A model generated the notes under the pieces. The model saw only the letters and a program-made list of their open reading frames with translations. It was not told the origin of the DNA and ran no database searches. A stretch of DNA of 64,000 nucleotides. Origin: an uncultured Methanosarcinaceae archaeon (GTDB lineage: Archaea; Halobacteriota; Methanosarcinia; Methanosarcinales; Methanosarcinaceae). The DNA is taken from NCBI GenBank assembly GCA_963847185.1, contig CAWJYV010000008.1, forward strand, positions 512,001-576,000. The letters run 5' to 3'. This document shows positions 52,239-63,693 of the stretch, piece by piece (the stretch's first letter is position 1; each line of letters opens with the position of its first letter). The position numbers were made by a program, and so were the translations under genes.

Positions 52239-53457
52239 ATGTTTAATACTGATTCTACAGGTTTTATGCTGCTTGCGACAAGCCTAGTGATGCTTATGAC
52301 TCCTGGCCTGACATTCTTTTACAGAGGGCTTACCTCTAAGTAAAATATTTTAGGAACTATGATGCAGAGTTTTGTCTCTCTAGGGCTGACAACTGTTTTA
52401 TGGTTTTTTGTTGGTTATTCTCTTTGCTTCAGCGGAGGCGAAGGTGCAATAATAGGAAATCTGGACAAAATGTTCTTACACGGAATTACCCCGACTACTA
52501 TGTTTGGAAACTCGGGATTCCCTGAACTTGTCTTTGTAGCTTATCAGATGATGTTTGCAATCATTACTCCAGTCCTCATTACAGGAGCATTTGCAAACCG
52601 GATTACTTTTAAAGCTTATCATTATTTTCCTTGTAATCTGGCAGCTCTTTGTCTACTACCCTTTCGTCCATATGATATGGGGTGGAGGCTTGCTTGCAAA
52701 AATGGGAGTTATTGACTTTGCAGGTGGGATAGTAGTCCATGCGACAGCCGGATTTGCAGCACTTGCTTCAGTCTTTTTCGTAGGCTCGAGGAAATATAAA
52801 GATTCAAAGCCAAACAACATCCCCTTAATGGCTATTGGAACTGCGCTTCTCTGGTTTGGCTGGTACGGATTTAACGCTGGCAGCGAGCTTAACGTGGACG
52901 GAATTACGGCACTCGCGTTTCTTAACAGTGACATAGCAGCTTCTTTCATAGCAATCACCTGGATGATAATAGAATGGTTCAAGGAATCAAAACCAAAATT
53001 TGTGGGACTTATGACAGGAGCAGTAGCAGGGCTTGCAACCATTACTCCTTCAGCAGGTCTTGTTTCCCTGCCTGTGGCTGCATTAATGGGCATACTTGGA
53101 GCTATTGTCTGCTATCTTGCAGTGCACATTAAAAACAAGATGGAATGGGATGATGCTCTGGATGTATGGGGCGTCCATGGAATTGGAGGAGTGACAGGAA
53201 CAATTCTCCTTGGAGTCTTTGCTTCAACTGCAATAAATCCTGCAGGAGCTGACGGACTGCTTTATGGTGGCATCTCATTCTTCATTAAAGAACTCGTGGT
53301 TGTTGCAGGTGCTTCAATTTATGGGTTTGTATTTACCTATGTTATGCTGATGTTCATAAATCTAATAACTCCCGTCAAAGTTTCAGATCAGGAACAGCTT
53401 ATAGGCCTGGATATTTCCCTGCATGGGGAATATGCCTACGATTCAATTATTCGGTAA
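52239..53457 (+). pseudogene. amtB: Second ammonium transporter, disrupted
   Basis: MFNTDSTGFMLLATSLVMLMTPGL; in-frame TAA at 52341-52343; frameshift ~52620; DFAGGIVVH and DDALDVWGVHG retained. Confidence 0.9.
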
Positions 53458-53815
53458 ATATTTCGAAGAATTCCTCTCAAGACCTGCTTAAATCTGAGTA
53501 TCTTTCACGATAAATATGTCGAAGAAAGAGGATTCTTTGAAGAAAAAGTTCATTTACTGGTAGGTTTTAGTCGAATCTTCTCTGCCGATTTTCTGTGGGG
53601 ATGTAAATTTTTCCCACGTAGAGTTCCGGAAAACTTGTCACTTTTGTAGGATCTGTAATGGGAAAAATGTAATCGTCCATATTATACATATTTTAAATAT
53701 ATGGCATTACAAGTTAGATACATCTTTAAGTTTCTATTAAATTGCCAGATTTTTCTTTTACATTTTAAACCTGTTCTTATCCTGAATGAAGAAATAGAAT
53801 TGAACCGGAGTTCCT

Positions 53816-54103
53816 ATGATTGAAAAAAATATCCCTGGCGAGATAGTAAAAGATTTACAATCTGTATGTCAGCTGCATGAACAGGCAGTTTGTAACCACG
53901 AAAAATGCAGGGAATTTAGCGACAATCTATCTCAACTTCTGGTAAGGCTTGAGGATATGAAGTTTTACGGGACAGCTGACAGGTTGATGAGCATTCTTAT
54001 AAATTGTAAACCAAAAGAGGCTTCTCACTGCGAAAAAGCAAACCTGGTCGGCGAGATGATGAAAGAAGTAGCAAAAGAGGTAAAGAAAGCATCAGGAAAT
54101 TAA
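53816..54103 (+). CDS. Hypothetical helical protein with Cys/His residues
   Basis: 95-aa ORF with GGAG RBS. Confidence 0.7.
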   Translation: MIEKNIPGEIVKDLQSVCQLHEQAVCNHEKCREFSDNLSQLLVRLEDMKFYGTADRLMSILINCKPKEASHCEKANLVGEMMKEVAKEVKKASGN

Positions 54104-54144
54104 AAAGAAAAGGCATTAAATAAGAAAAACGTCCACTAACGGGT

Positions 54145-55080
54145 TCAAAACAGCTGCTTTCTGAACATTGTAAAAGCTAAAATCACTGAAAAGAATATAG
54201 TCATTGAGAAAATAATTGCAAAGGCATGAGGATTGTTCTCGAAAGGAACTTCAACATTCATCCCGAAAAAACTTGCAACCATTGTTGGGATAGACAGGAT
54301 AATAGTAACTGAGGTAAGGAATTTCATAACAATATTTAGGTTATTGGAGATAACTGATGCATATGCATCCATAGTTCCGGTAAGAATATTACTATAAATA
54401 TTTGCCATTTCAATTGCCTGCTTATTCTCGATGATAACGTCTTCAAGCAAGTCGGTATCTTCCGGATACATCTTAACGGGAGTGGATCTCAAAATTTTCT
54501 CAAGGACTATCTCATTGCTTTTCAACGAGGTAGAAAAATATACAAGACTTTTTTCCAATTCGAGAAGCTGGATTAACTCTTTATTTTTCAGGGATTTATG
54601 CAACTTTGATTCAATTTTGTCACTGGTTTTATCGATATTTCTTAGGTACTGGAGATACAACTTCGAGTTTTTATACAGAATCTGAAGAAGGAAACGTGTT
54701 TTCTTAAATGTATAAAAAGATTTATTTTTTCGTTCAATAAAATCTTTTATAACGTAATTCTCTTTAAGAGAAACAGTAACAATATTATTTTCAGTAATTA
54801 TAATTCCAAGAGGAATAGTATAATAAATTCCCCCTTGTTGCAAATTTGTATCGGGAACAGGGATGTCTATTAATACAACAGTACATCCCTCATCTACTTC
54901 AATTCTGGAGCGCTCCTCTTCATCGAGTGCAGCTTTGACGTGATCAACGGGAATATTCAGGTTATTTGAAACATACATTATTTCCTGGGGATTTGGATTT
55001 ATAAGGTTAATCCATGCTCCATTCTCAACATGGTCGAGAGTTATCATTCCGTTATCTGCTGATTTGTATATCTGAAGCAT
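54145..55080 (-). CDS. corA: CorA-family Mg2+/Co2+ transporter
   Basis: SNNLNIVMKFLT, PTMVASFFGMN, two C-terminal TMs. Confidence 0.95.
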   Translation of the reverse strand: MLQIYKSADNGMITLDHVENGAWINLINPNPQEIMYVSNNLNIPVDHVKAALDEEERSRIEVDEGCTVVLIDIPVPDTNLQQGGIYYTIPLGIIITENNIVTVSLKENYVIKDFIERKNKSFYTFKKTRFLLQILYKNSKLYLQYLRNIDKTSDKIESKLHKSLKNKELIQLLELEKSLVYFSTSLKSNEIVLEKILRSTPVKMYPEDTDLLEDVIIENKQAIEMANIYSNILTGTMDAYASVISNNLNIVMKFLTSVTIILSIPTMVASFFGMNVEVPFENNPHAFAIIFSMTIFFSVILAFTMFRKQLF

Positions 55081-55320
55081 GTCTGTTTCTCCTTTTTTCG
55101 GTTATATAGGTTACAACTCCTTACCAGGTGAAAATGAGATTAATTATCCTTCAAGCAGAGCACAGATGTATATATAGATTTTCATGAGCTAATATAAACA
55201 GATTGTTAAAAAGAATATAATGTAACTTGTAGCCCATGATAGCATCCTTTAGACAGGAATATCTATCATAAATTAAAAATCCAAAATAAATTAAAAATCA
55301 AAAGATGGAATAGATGAACG

Positions 55321-55644
55321 TCAACGCGGGATGTAGAACATAATCAAAACGCCCACGAGTGCAATTAATGCACCTATCACCTCATATTTGTCGGGATTTT
55401 TCTTATCGACAAAAGCTCCCCATATCAAGGATGAAACAATAAATATTCCACCGTAAGCTGCATAGACCATGCCGAATGTGCGGGCTGGAAAGTTGGAATA
55501 ATTCTATAGATTGCCAGTATTAACCTGCCCAGAGCCCGAATACCGCTCCTTTATTCTCCCTCAACCATAACCAGAGAAGATATCCTCCCCCGATTTCAAA
55601 AATGCCTGCAAGAATAAACAGGAGAATAGGTATATAGAAAACAT
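55321..55644 (-). pseudogene. YnfA/UPF0060 family SMR-like membrane protein, frameshifted
   Basis: [21 protein letters not shown]; VYAAYGGIFIV; PDKYEVIGALIALVGVLIMFYIPR* in different frames. Confidence 0.8.
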
Positions 55645-56799
55645 CTTTTTCGGGAAATACAGCTGGAGTCTATTTTTAACATACCTTTAGATCTCACCAG
55701 AAATATATATAAATACACTGATCTGAGTCATTATTGACTAAATTAAACTATTGGCTCTTTCGAGGGCAATGTATAGTGGCTTAATTTAAGCGAAGAGTCT
55801 AAAAAGTAAAATTATCTGCAGCAGTCGCATCCACCACAGGAAGGAATAATATTATTTCCATTTTCCACTTCCAAACATTCAAAGCAGATTTTTGTTGTGC
55901 CAACTTTCCTGTGTTTTACCCTAAGTAGAGAATTTTCGTCCTTCCCATAGATAGAACACTTTACTATATTTAAACCCTTTATTATATATTTATATAAATA
56001 TGTTCTCAAACCTCGTTAGTTATAAGTAACTACCTTTAGGATTAAACCTATTATTTTGAGATTTTGTTTTATTTGATGTTCAGTTAAAAATTTATATAAA
56101 AAGCTTCACTCAAAGCTTCAGGTGTTTATTATAGATAAATAGGCAAGTTCATGTAAAAAAAATAGAAGAGAAGAAAACAAATACAACATTCAAAAAAGAA
56201 TTCAATAAATAAGAAGATATTAAATTTAGAAGTACATAACCCTTATATAAAAATGAAATAAATAATATAAAAATAGAGTTAAAATCACTTTATTTAAATA
56301 CACCTCCATTCAATTAATAATAGAGGTGTTTTGAGGCTAGTTACATATATTATTTGATGATTTATATATAAGAAATCTAAATAATAGGAAGAACAAAATT
56401 TAATTAATAATTAATAGGGGTAGAACATAAAAGAAAAACCAGATCATCAAGTTTAAATATGCCTTTGTTATATTGCTAAATGTTAGCATTTCGATAGCAT
56501 ACATGCATCATTTAGTAGTATTTAGTATTATTTAGCAGTGTTTATTATTATTACCCCTCATAATTTTAGTCTGAGAATGTATGCATTTAAGAAAAAATTG
56601 TATTTCATTATTCTTGAGAGTAATATAAAAGTGAAGAGAAAATCACTATCTTTAAATATGCCTTTAATAGATTAAAGTTTGCACATATCGATATTATGTA
56701 AAAATATATATATATATTATTATTTCTTGTGAATATAATAAAAGAATATTATAATATGTGGATAGTTCAATCCATTTTTTTATATATTCTTACAGTTTC

Positions 56800-56910
56800 G
56801 GAGTTACGCAGTTGGATTGGGAAACCAACATCATGAGGTCATTAGCTGTAAAACACGAACTCATTAAAAGCCTAATGAGTTTGGTTTTGTTCTTCAAATG
56901 CGTAAATTCC
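56800..56910. mobile_element. MITE-like element upstream of echA
   Basis: TIR GGAGTTACGCA...TGCGTAAATTCC; internal hairpin AACTCATTA/TAATGAGTT. Confidence 0.7.
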
Positions 56911-56967
56911 AATAGTATAGGTCAGAGGTTAAACAGATCGGAGGAAATAGGTCGGAGGATACGTTGT

Positions 56968-58890
56968 ATGATGGAAACAACAATAATGCTATTAATCGCA
57001 GTACCCCTACTTTTTTCGTTTTTATTCCTAGGTCTTGGTAAGAGTATGTACAAAGTTCTTGCTTGGGCTTTCTTTATATTTGGGGTAATTTTTTCAGTTC
57101 AGTTAGTTCGGGACGGTGTTGGAGTCTACGAAATAACTGGACCAGATTTTGCAATGGTTGAAAATATTGTTCTTGTACTTGAAGTACTGGTGGTACTATT
57201 TATTCTTGCTGTGTCAGCAAAATATAAAAACTGGCCTACACTTGTACTGGGACTAATTTCAGCAGCTTTATTTGCTTACACTTTTACCAATGTTCCAGAA
57301 GTTGAAAGTGCTTCTTTTAATATTGATCAATTTTCTCAGGTAATGATATTAATTGTTAATGTAGTCGGTACTGCAATCATATTATTCGCAACCGGTTATA
57401 TGGATGAATATGAAGAACACAGGCATCTTCACCGGCAGAAGATATTTTACTTTACAATGAGTTTCTTCCTAGCAGCCATGAATGGTCTGGTAATGGCTGA
57501 CACACTGGGATGGCTGTTTCTTTTCTGGGAACTAACGACTCTTTGTTCGTTCGTGTTGATCTCATACAACATGGATCAGGAAGGAATAAACAATGGTTTC
57601 AGAGCTCTGGCTTTAAACCTTGTTGGTGGAATTGCTTTATCTATAGGCATAATTCTTCTCGCTACTAAATTTGAAGAACCTATAACTACTCTTTCTGGAA
57701 TCGGAACTTATGCTGGAACTGATGCAGCAGCAATGGCCGCTGTAGCTCTTCCTGTTGCCTTACTCTGTCTCGGAGGCTTTGCAAAATCTGCTCAGATGCC
57801 TTTCCAGAGCTGGCTCTTAGGCGCAATGGTAGCCCCAACCCCGGTTTCTGCCTTACTGCACTCAAGCACAATGGTGAACGCCGGTGTGTTTTTAGTTGTC
57901 AAACTGGTACCAGCTTTTGCGGGCACAGGTCTCGGAACTGCTATTGCAATCTACGGTAGCTTTAGCTTCATTATGTGCTCAGCTTTAGCCTTATCTCAAA
58001 GAAATGCTAAAAGAGTGCTTGCGTATTCAACTATTGCAAACCTGGGATTAATTATCGCAAGTGCTGGAATAGGTACACCTCTGGCTGTAGCTGCTGCAAT
58101 TATGCTTATTCTGTTCCACGCCATATCAAAAGCTCTTCTATTCCTGTGCACAGGTGAAATTGAGCACACCATAGGAAGCAGAGATATCGAAGACATGTCA
58201 GGACTAATAAAAAAGGCTCCTCTTCTCGCCACGCTCGCAGCTCTGGGAATGGTATCCATGCTATTACCTCCTTTTGGAGTATTGCTTACAAAATGGGTAT
58301 CAATGGAAGCTGCTTCAAGCAACCCTATTGTGATAGTATTCCTTATACTTGGAAGTGCACTCACTACAGTTTATTACGCTAAATGGCTTGGAACGATATT
58401 GTCGTCCACTATGGATAAAAATGCAGTCACTCATAAAAAACCGGAAACATATTTCCCGTTATCGTTCCTTGGATTAAGTATTGTAGGTACAAGTATTCTT
58501 ATATTTACGATATACGATTACTTCATTAAACCTCAGGTTGAAACTTTACTTAATATTGCTCCTACTATTTCAGGACAATCTGGACAATTTACCTCTGAAA
58601 TAGGTGCATTTGCTTACGCAGCAATATTCGTAGTGCTTGCTATGGCTATTCTGATCTATTTCGCTACCAAAAATATGTTCACCCCTCGTAAAGCTAACTA
58701 TTATATGTGCGGGGAAAACAACATTGAAAAGGACGGATTAATGTTCAGAAATGGACTTTGCAGTTACGATAAAAGCAGTGCTTCTAACATTTATCTTCAA
58801 AGCACTTTTGGAGAAAACAAGCTTACAACACTCGGATACGTAATTTCGATATTGCTTATCGTACTTGCATTAGCAGGAGGAGTATTATGA
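56968..58890 (+). CDS. echA: Ech hydrogenase subunit A
   Basis: NuoL-like: FWELTTLCS, KSAQMPF, AMVAPTPVSALLHSSTMV; GGAGG RBS before ATG 56968. Confidence 0.95.
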   Translation: MMETTIMLLIAVPLLFSFLFLGLGKSMYKVLAWAFFIFGVIFSVQLVRDGVGVYEITGPDFAMVENIVLVLEVLVVLFILAVSAKYKNWPTLVLGLISAALFAYTFTNVPEVESASFNIDQFSQVMILIVNVVGTAIILFATGYMDEYEEHRHLHRQKIFYFTMSFFLAAMNGLVMADTLGWLFLFWELTTLCSFVLISYNMDQEGINNGFRALALNLVGGIALSIGIILLATKFEEPITTLSGIGTYAGTDAAAMAAVALPVALLCLGGFAKSAQMPFQSWLLGAMVAPTPVSALLHSSTMVNAGVFLVVKLVPAFAGTGLGTAIAIYGSFSFIMCSALALSQRNAKRVLAYSTIANLGLIIASAGIGTPLAVAAAIMLILFHAISKALLFLCTGEIEHTIGSRDIEDMSGLIKKAPLLATLAALGMVSMLLPPFGVLLTKWVSMEAASSNPIVIVFLILGSALTTVYYAKWLGTILSSTMDKNAVTHKKPETYFPLSFLGLSIVGTSILIFTIYDYFIKPQVETLLNIAPTISGQSGQFTSEIGAFAYAAIFVVLAMAILIYFATKNMFTPRKANYYMCGENNIEKDGLMFRNGLCSYDKSSASNIYLQSTFGENKLTTLGYVISILLIVLALAGGVL

Positions 58891-59756
58891 ATATGAACGA
58901 TGTTCTAACAATTGTTCTTGTTTTAATTGGTGCTCCTATTATCGGCTGTTTAGCTGCAGGAATTGACAGGAAAATAACTGCAAGATTGCAAGGTAGAGTT
59001 GGTCCTCCTCTTTTGCAGCCATACTATGATGTCAAGAAGCTTCTCAGTAAAGACAATATGATTGTAAATGGGTCTCAAAACTTTTACGTAGTCGTGTACC
59101 TAGTCTTTATAGTTCTGAGCCTCTTGATGTTAGTTTTCAGACAAGATATTTTGATGATAATATTCGTATACACGGTATCTTCAATAGCTCTCATTGTAGG
59201 AGGAATGAGCACTGGTTCTCCATACGCCAGAGTAGGAAGTTCAAGGGAAATTATGGCTATACTGTCCTATGAACCAGTTTTAATTTTATACGCTCTTGCA
59301 ATATACTTGCTTACCGGCACCTTTAAACTATCTGCAGTAGTAGATGCACCGACTCCTCTCCTGATGTATACCCCTCTAATATTCATAGCAATGTTATTTG
59401 TTTTGAATATAAAATTAAAAAAATCACCCTTTGATTATTCAACCTCTCACCATGCTCATCAGGAGCTGGTTAAAGGTATGCTTACCGAATATTCAGGGCC
59501 AGGACTGGCCGGCATTGAGATTGCGCACTTCTATGAATACGTATTTTTAACAGGACTTATTTTTGTATTCTGGACAGTAAACCCATTGATAGGCATGCTT
59601 ATCTCATTCGCTGCTTTCTTGCTTGTAATTGTTATAGACAATATTACTGCAAGAGTGTATTGGCAATGGATGCTCAAATTGAGCTGGACATTCCTACTGG
59701 CAATTTCCATTGTGAACATAGCATTCCTGTACTTTAGTGGAGTCAAAATAGTGTGA
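58887..59756 (+). CDS. echB: Ech hydrogenase subunit B
   Basis: DRKITARLQGRVGPP, PFD, TEYSGP. Confidence 0.95.
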   Translation: MNMNDVLTIVLVLIGAPIIGCLAAGIDRKITARLQGRVGPPLLQPYYDVKKLLSKDNMIVNGSQNFYVVVYLVFIVLSLLMLVFRQDILMIIFVYTVSSIALIVGGMSTGSPYARVGSSREIMAILSYEPVLILYALAIYLLTGTFKLSAVVDAPTPLLMYTPLIFIAMLFVLNIKLKKSPFDYSTSHHAHQELVKGMLTEYSGPGLAGIEIAHFYEYVFLTGLIFVFWTVNPLIGMLISFAAFLLVIVIDNITARVYWQWMLKLSWTFLLAISIVNIAFLYFSGVKIV

Positions 59757-59769
59757 AAGAGGGAGATTT

Positions 59770-60240
59770 ATGAGTTTGGCAAAATCCCCATGGATTATAC
59801 ATGTAAATTGTAACAGTTGCAATGGCTGTGACATTGAGGTAGTAGCCTGTCTTACTCCTTTATATGATGCTGAAAGATTTGGTGTTTTAAATATTGGGAC
59901 TCCCAAACAAGCAGATATAATGGTAGTTACCGGCTCGATAAATTACAAAAATGTTAACGTGCTTAAGAACATTTATAACCAGATCCCTGACCCAAAGGTC
60001 GTTTTAGCTGTTGGCGCCTGTGCATCCACAGGCGGAATATTCCATAACTGCTACAATGTGATAGGTGGAGCGGACCAGGTCATACCCGTAGATGCGTATG
60101 TTCCCGGATGCTGCCCAAGACCTGAAGCCATACTTGACGGCGTAGTAGCAGCACTTTCAATACTTGAGAATAAGAAGAAAGGGAATATTAAGGGAAAAGA
60201 AATAAAATTGAAAGGAAACGAGGTGCCATCGAATGCTTGA
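59770..60240 (+). CDS. echC: Ech hydrogenase small subunit C
   Basis: SCNGCDIE, GACA, PGCCPRPE. Confidence 0.97.
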   Translation: MSLAKSPWIIHVNCNSCNGCDIEVVACLTPLYDAERFGVLNIGTPKQADIMVVTGSINYKNVNVLKNIYNQIPDPKVVLAVGACASTGGIFHNCYNVIGGADQVIPVDAYVPGCCPRPEAILDGVVAALSILENKKKGNIKGKEIKLKGNEVPSNA

Positions 60241-60574
60241 GAATGAGGTAGAGATTAAAGGCAGCGCAGAACTGATAAAAACTGTTGAGGGTTTAAAAAG
60301 TGATGGCTATCGATATTCTACTATGATATGCCTGAAAGCCAACGAAGGTCATGATTTGATATACATCTTTGAAAAAGATAACAGGTTAAAAAATTTAAGG
60401 TACTTTGTGAAACCAGGTGAGAAACCCAAAAGTGTGTCAGGCATTTATCTATGCGCACTTTTGATCGAGAATGAGTACCAGGATCTCTTCGGATTGACTT
60501 TCGAAGGCTTAGCAATAGACTACAAAGGCCACCTTTACCTAACGCCAAACAGTCCAAAAACTCCCTTGGCTTAA
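60233..60574 (+). CDS. echD: Ech hydrogenase subunit D
   Basis: NuoC-like SVSGIY...ENEYQDLFG. Confidence 0.93.
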   Translation: MLENEVEIKGSAELIKTVEGLKSDGYRYSTMICLKANEGHDLIYIFEKDNRLKNLRYFVKPGEKPKSVSGIYLCALLIENEYQDLFGLTFEGLAIDYKGHLYLTPNSPKTPLA

Positions 60575-60596
60575 AGCAATTTGAGAGGAGAATCAC

Positions 60597-61673
60597 ATGA
60601 CAACCGTAATACCTTTTGGTCCTCAACATCCCGTTTTACCCGAGCCAGTATCGTTAAAACTTGAAATTGACAACGATGTTGTTGTTGGAGCACTTCCCTC
60701 ACTGGGCTACGTACACAGAGGGCTTGAGAAATTCATAGATACCAAGGACTATAACCAAACAACGTATATTTGCGAAAGAATATGCGGAATATGCAGTGCA
60801 CTTCATGGTATAACTTATACAAAGGCAGTTGAAAAACTGTTCAATGTTGAAATCCCTGAAAGAGCGGATTATATTAGAGTGATAGTTGGTGAACTCAACA
60901 GAGTTCACAGTCACCTCCTCTGGCTTGGCCTGTTTGCAGATGGTTTTGGATTTGAAAGTCTCTTTTACGAATGCTGGAAGTACAGAGAGCCAGTATTAGA
61001 TGTGTTGGAGAGAATCACTGGAAACAGAGTTATCCATTCAATATCCAGAGTTGGAGGAGTTAACAGAGATTTGACTAAAGAGAACATTGATATGATTCTG
61101 AAAATGCTCGACACAGTGGAATCTCAAGTTAAAGACCTTGAAAAAGTATTCATAAATAATTACACAGTTAAGAAAAGAACTGTGGGATTAGCTACAATGT
61201 CAAAACAACTTGCTTATGAGGCTGGAACTGCTGGTCCTACACTTAGAGGAAGTGGGAACGCCGTTGATGTAAGAGAAACAGCAGACTGGGATATTTATAG
61301 GGATCTTGGTTTTAAGCCAGTTGTTGAAAAAGATGGAGATTGCTACGCCAGAACAAAAATAAGAGTTTTCGAGTTATATGAATCCATTAAATTGATAAGG
61401 AATGCGATTTCCAAAATGCCGAATGGTGATATTGCAACACCCATAAAGGGCTTCCCTACCGGTGAAGCGATTATGAGAACAGAGCAGCCCAGAGGTGAAG
61501 TTGTATATTATGTGAAAGGCAATGGTACTAAAAACCTGGAAAGACTTAAAATAAGAACCCCTACCTTTGCAAATATACCTTCACTATTACTGATGCTCCC
61601 GGGCGTTAAACTCGCTGATGTGCCTATAGTTGTACTTACTATAGATCCCTGCATTAGCTGCACTGAAAGATAA
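60597..61673 (+). CDS. echE: Ech hydrogenase large [NiFe] subunit E
   Basis: GPQHP, ERICGIC, DPCISCTER; no C-terminal extension. Confidence 0.97.
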   Translation: MTTVIPFGPQHPVLPEPVSLKLEIDNDVVVGALPSLGYVHRGLEKFIDTKDYNQTTYICERICGICSALHGITYTKAVEKLFNVEIPERADYIRVIVGELNRVHSHLLWLGLFADGFGFESLFYECWKYREPVLDVLERITGNRVIHSISRVGGVNRDLTKENIDMILKMLDTVESQVKDLEKVFINNYTVKKRTVGLATMSKQLAYEAGTAGPTLRGSGNAVDVRETADWDIYRDLGFKPVVEKDGDCYARTKIRVFELYESIKLIRNAISKMPNGDIATPIKGFPTGEAIMRTEQPRGEVVYYVKGNGTKNLERLKIRTPTFANIPSLLLMLPGVKLADVPIVVLTIDPCISCTER

Positions 61674-61689
61674 AAAGAAGGGTGATATA

Positions 61690-62103
61690 ATGGGTATGTT
61701 AAACCTTGTTCTAACAAATATTTCTCGTAAACCTGCTACCAGACTTTACCCCTTCGAGATAAGGGCACCTTTTGAAGAATTTAAGGGAAGAATTGTTTTC
61801 AAGCCTGAAAACTGTATTCTCTGCGGGATATGTCAAAAGAAATGCCCCCCTGATGCAATAACAGTTACTAAGGCTGACAAAACATGGGAACTTAATGTAT
61901 TTAGATGCATCATGTGCACCGAGTGTGTTGCTGGTTGCCCGAAAGATTGTATAACAATATCTAACGAAAGAGCAAAAACTGGTGCAAAAGAGTATATTAA
62001 AGTACTGGTTCCGATAGTAGACAAACCAAAAGCAGATGCTCCAAAAACAGATTCTCCAAAAGCAGCAAAAGCAGCGCCTTCAAAAGCAGCATCTTCAAAA
62101 TAA
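61690..62103 (+). CDS. echF: Ech hydrogenase subunit F (2x4Fe-4S)
   Basis: CILCGICQKKCP, CIMCTECVAGCP; low-complexity K/A/P tail. Confidence 0.95.
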   Translation: MGMLNLVLTNISRKPATRLYPFEIRAPFEEFKGRIVFKPENCILCGICQKKCPPDAITVTKADKTWELNVFRCIMCTECVAGCPKDCITISNERAKTGAKEYIKVLVPIVDKPKADAPKTDSPKAAKAAPSKAASSK

Positions 62104-62283
62104 TAGTTTTAATTTAAAACTTATTTTTTTACAGGACTCTGCTTATTATTTTTTGGGTCATACCCTGAAAAATAGAAATACCGCCTGCTCTCCGGTCTAA
62201 AAAGTTTAGTGTACAGGGAATCCTCAAGGGATTTCCCTGGAAGCTATCCGTTAGGAAAGAGATCAAAAATTTACTTTTTTACA

Positions 62284-62634
62284 TTAATTTCCACAACAAC
62301 ATCCCTTTTTTTCTTCCGGAATTTCAGACTTATTACTCTCAAAGACAGAATCATAGACATTTTCATTGTAAATATTTGTCCAGCCGAGCTGAGAACCGGC
62401 TGCTATGAACATAGCAACAGCAATGGCTTCTGCAATTTCCTTTTTACTGGCTCCATAAGTAATAGCCCTCTGGGAGTGGATATCGACACAGAACTGGCAG
62501 CGCATAAGGACTGAGGAAGCGACTGCAATAAGTTCCTTGCTCTTGCGGTCAAGTGTGCCGCTTTCAAAGATCGAATCTCTCATTTTTCCAAATGCTTCGG
62601 AAGTTTCGGGCAATATTTCGTTCAAAAATGACAT
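62284..62634 (-). CDS. Carboxymuconolactone decarboxylase/AhpD-like protein
   Basis: LDRKSKELIAVA, CQFC..H, GASKKEIAEAI. Confidence 0.9.
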   Translation of the reverse strand: MSFLNEILPETSEAFGKMRDSIFESGTLDRKSKELIAVASSVLMRCQFCVDIHSQRAITYGASKKEIAEAIAVAMFIAAGSQLGWTNIYNENVYDSVFESNKSEIPEEKKGCCCGN

Positions 62635-62885
62635 TTAAATTCCTCCAGTAAATACAGAAATCCGAATTTATAAAATACCTCAAGCTAGAAATCAGTAAAA
62701 CTTGATACGCATCATAGATTTGATATACCATTTAAAGAAGACCAAAGTAAAGAAGATTTAAATTAGGGTTAATCGAGTGAATCATGCTTGATCTGAGTGA
62801 GAATCAAGTTATACCAGTGTAAATGATATGTATGATTTGAGATTTGCTTTTCAGATTAAACCTCGACAACCAGAAAAGACAGCTT

Positions 62886-63434
62886 TTATTCTCTTAAATT
62901 ATGCTGTCCTTTTTCAGGTCGAATCCAGGCCATGGGAATATCAGCTTCCAGCTCTCCAGAATTACCTGAGATCCTTTTTTCAAGCCTGCCCTCAGCCTTA
63001 AAACCGAATTTTTTATAAAAATTAATGGCTCTTTGATTGCTTTCCTTTGCAATAAGTTCAACCCTTAAGATTTCTGGGCGTTTTGATTCTACTTCACTTA
63101 AAAGGGTTCCAAATATCAGTGTTCCTATTCCTTTACCCTGATAATCAGGATGTACTGCAATCGTAAGGTCACTGTAGAGATGAGAAAAAACCTGTATTCC
63201 AGGACTGCAGGTGTGAACTTCAGCAATGAGAATTTCAGGATTATCAGGATCTTCAATTGTAAGGATAATACCTGTTTCAAGACATCTTTCAATGAAATTT
63301 CTTATATAAGTTTCATTTACTTCTTCGGCCCTTCTTGCGATTCCGCCTGAACGTGATGCAACAGTCCTGTAAAGGGCCATGATTTTATACAGGTCCGAAA
63401 GTTCGGCTCCCCTGACAATATATTGCATTTGCAT
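62886..63434 (-). CDS. GNAT family acetyltransferase
   Basis: VHPDYQGKGIG, NQRAINFYKKFGF. Confidence 0.9.
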   Translation of the reverse strand: MQMQYIVRGAELSDLYKIMALYRTVASRSGGIARRAEEVNETYIRNFIERCLETGIILTIEDPDNPEILIAEVHTCSPGIQVFSHLYSDLTIAVHPDYQGKGIGTLIFGTLLSEVESKRPEILRVELIAKESNQRAINFYKKFGFKAEGRLEKRISGNSGELEADIPMAWIRPEKGQHNLRE

Positions 63435-63693
63435 TTGAACCAATCCCCTTTTCAAAAAAAGCTGCACTACAATATAAAAACATGTCCCTATAAAAGTTAA
63501 ATAACACATTGTGCCAGGCTTATCTAAAGACCTCAAAAGCAAAGAAGGCCTTCAAAGCCTGTAAATCCTTCAAAACCTGTAATATCTACTTTGAAAAAAA
63601 CGCCATTTAGAACCAAAAATTATAGTTAACCTTTTATTCTTTCCTCTCGAGGATATTAGTAATAAGAAACAAAAAGGAATACAATAACATGAG

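Noticed and set aside
55812-56009. Small Cys-rich ORF ending SCGGCDCCR
   Set aside because: No convincing start or RBS in frame; possibly a gene remnant, but no family could be assigned.
56758-56967. 70-aa N-terminal extension of EchA in the ORF track
   Set aside because: It runs through a MITE; the real start with a GGAGG RBS is at 56968.
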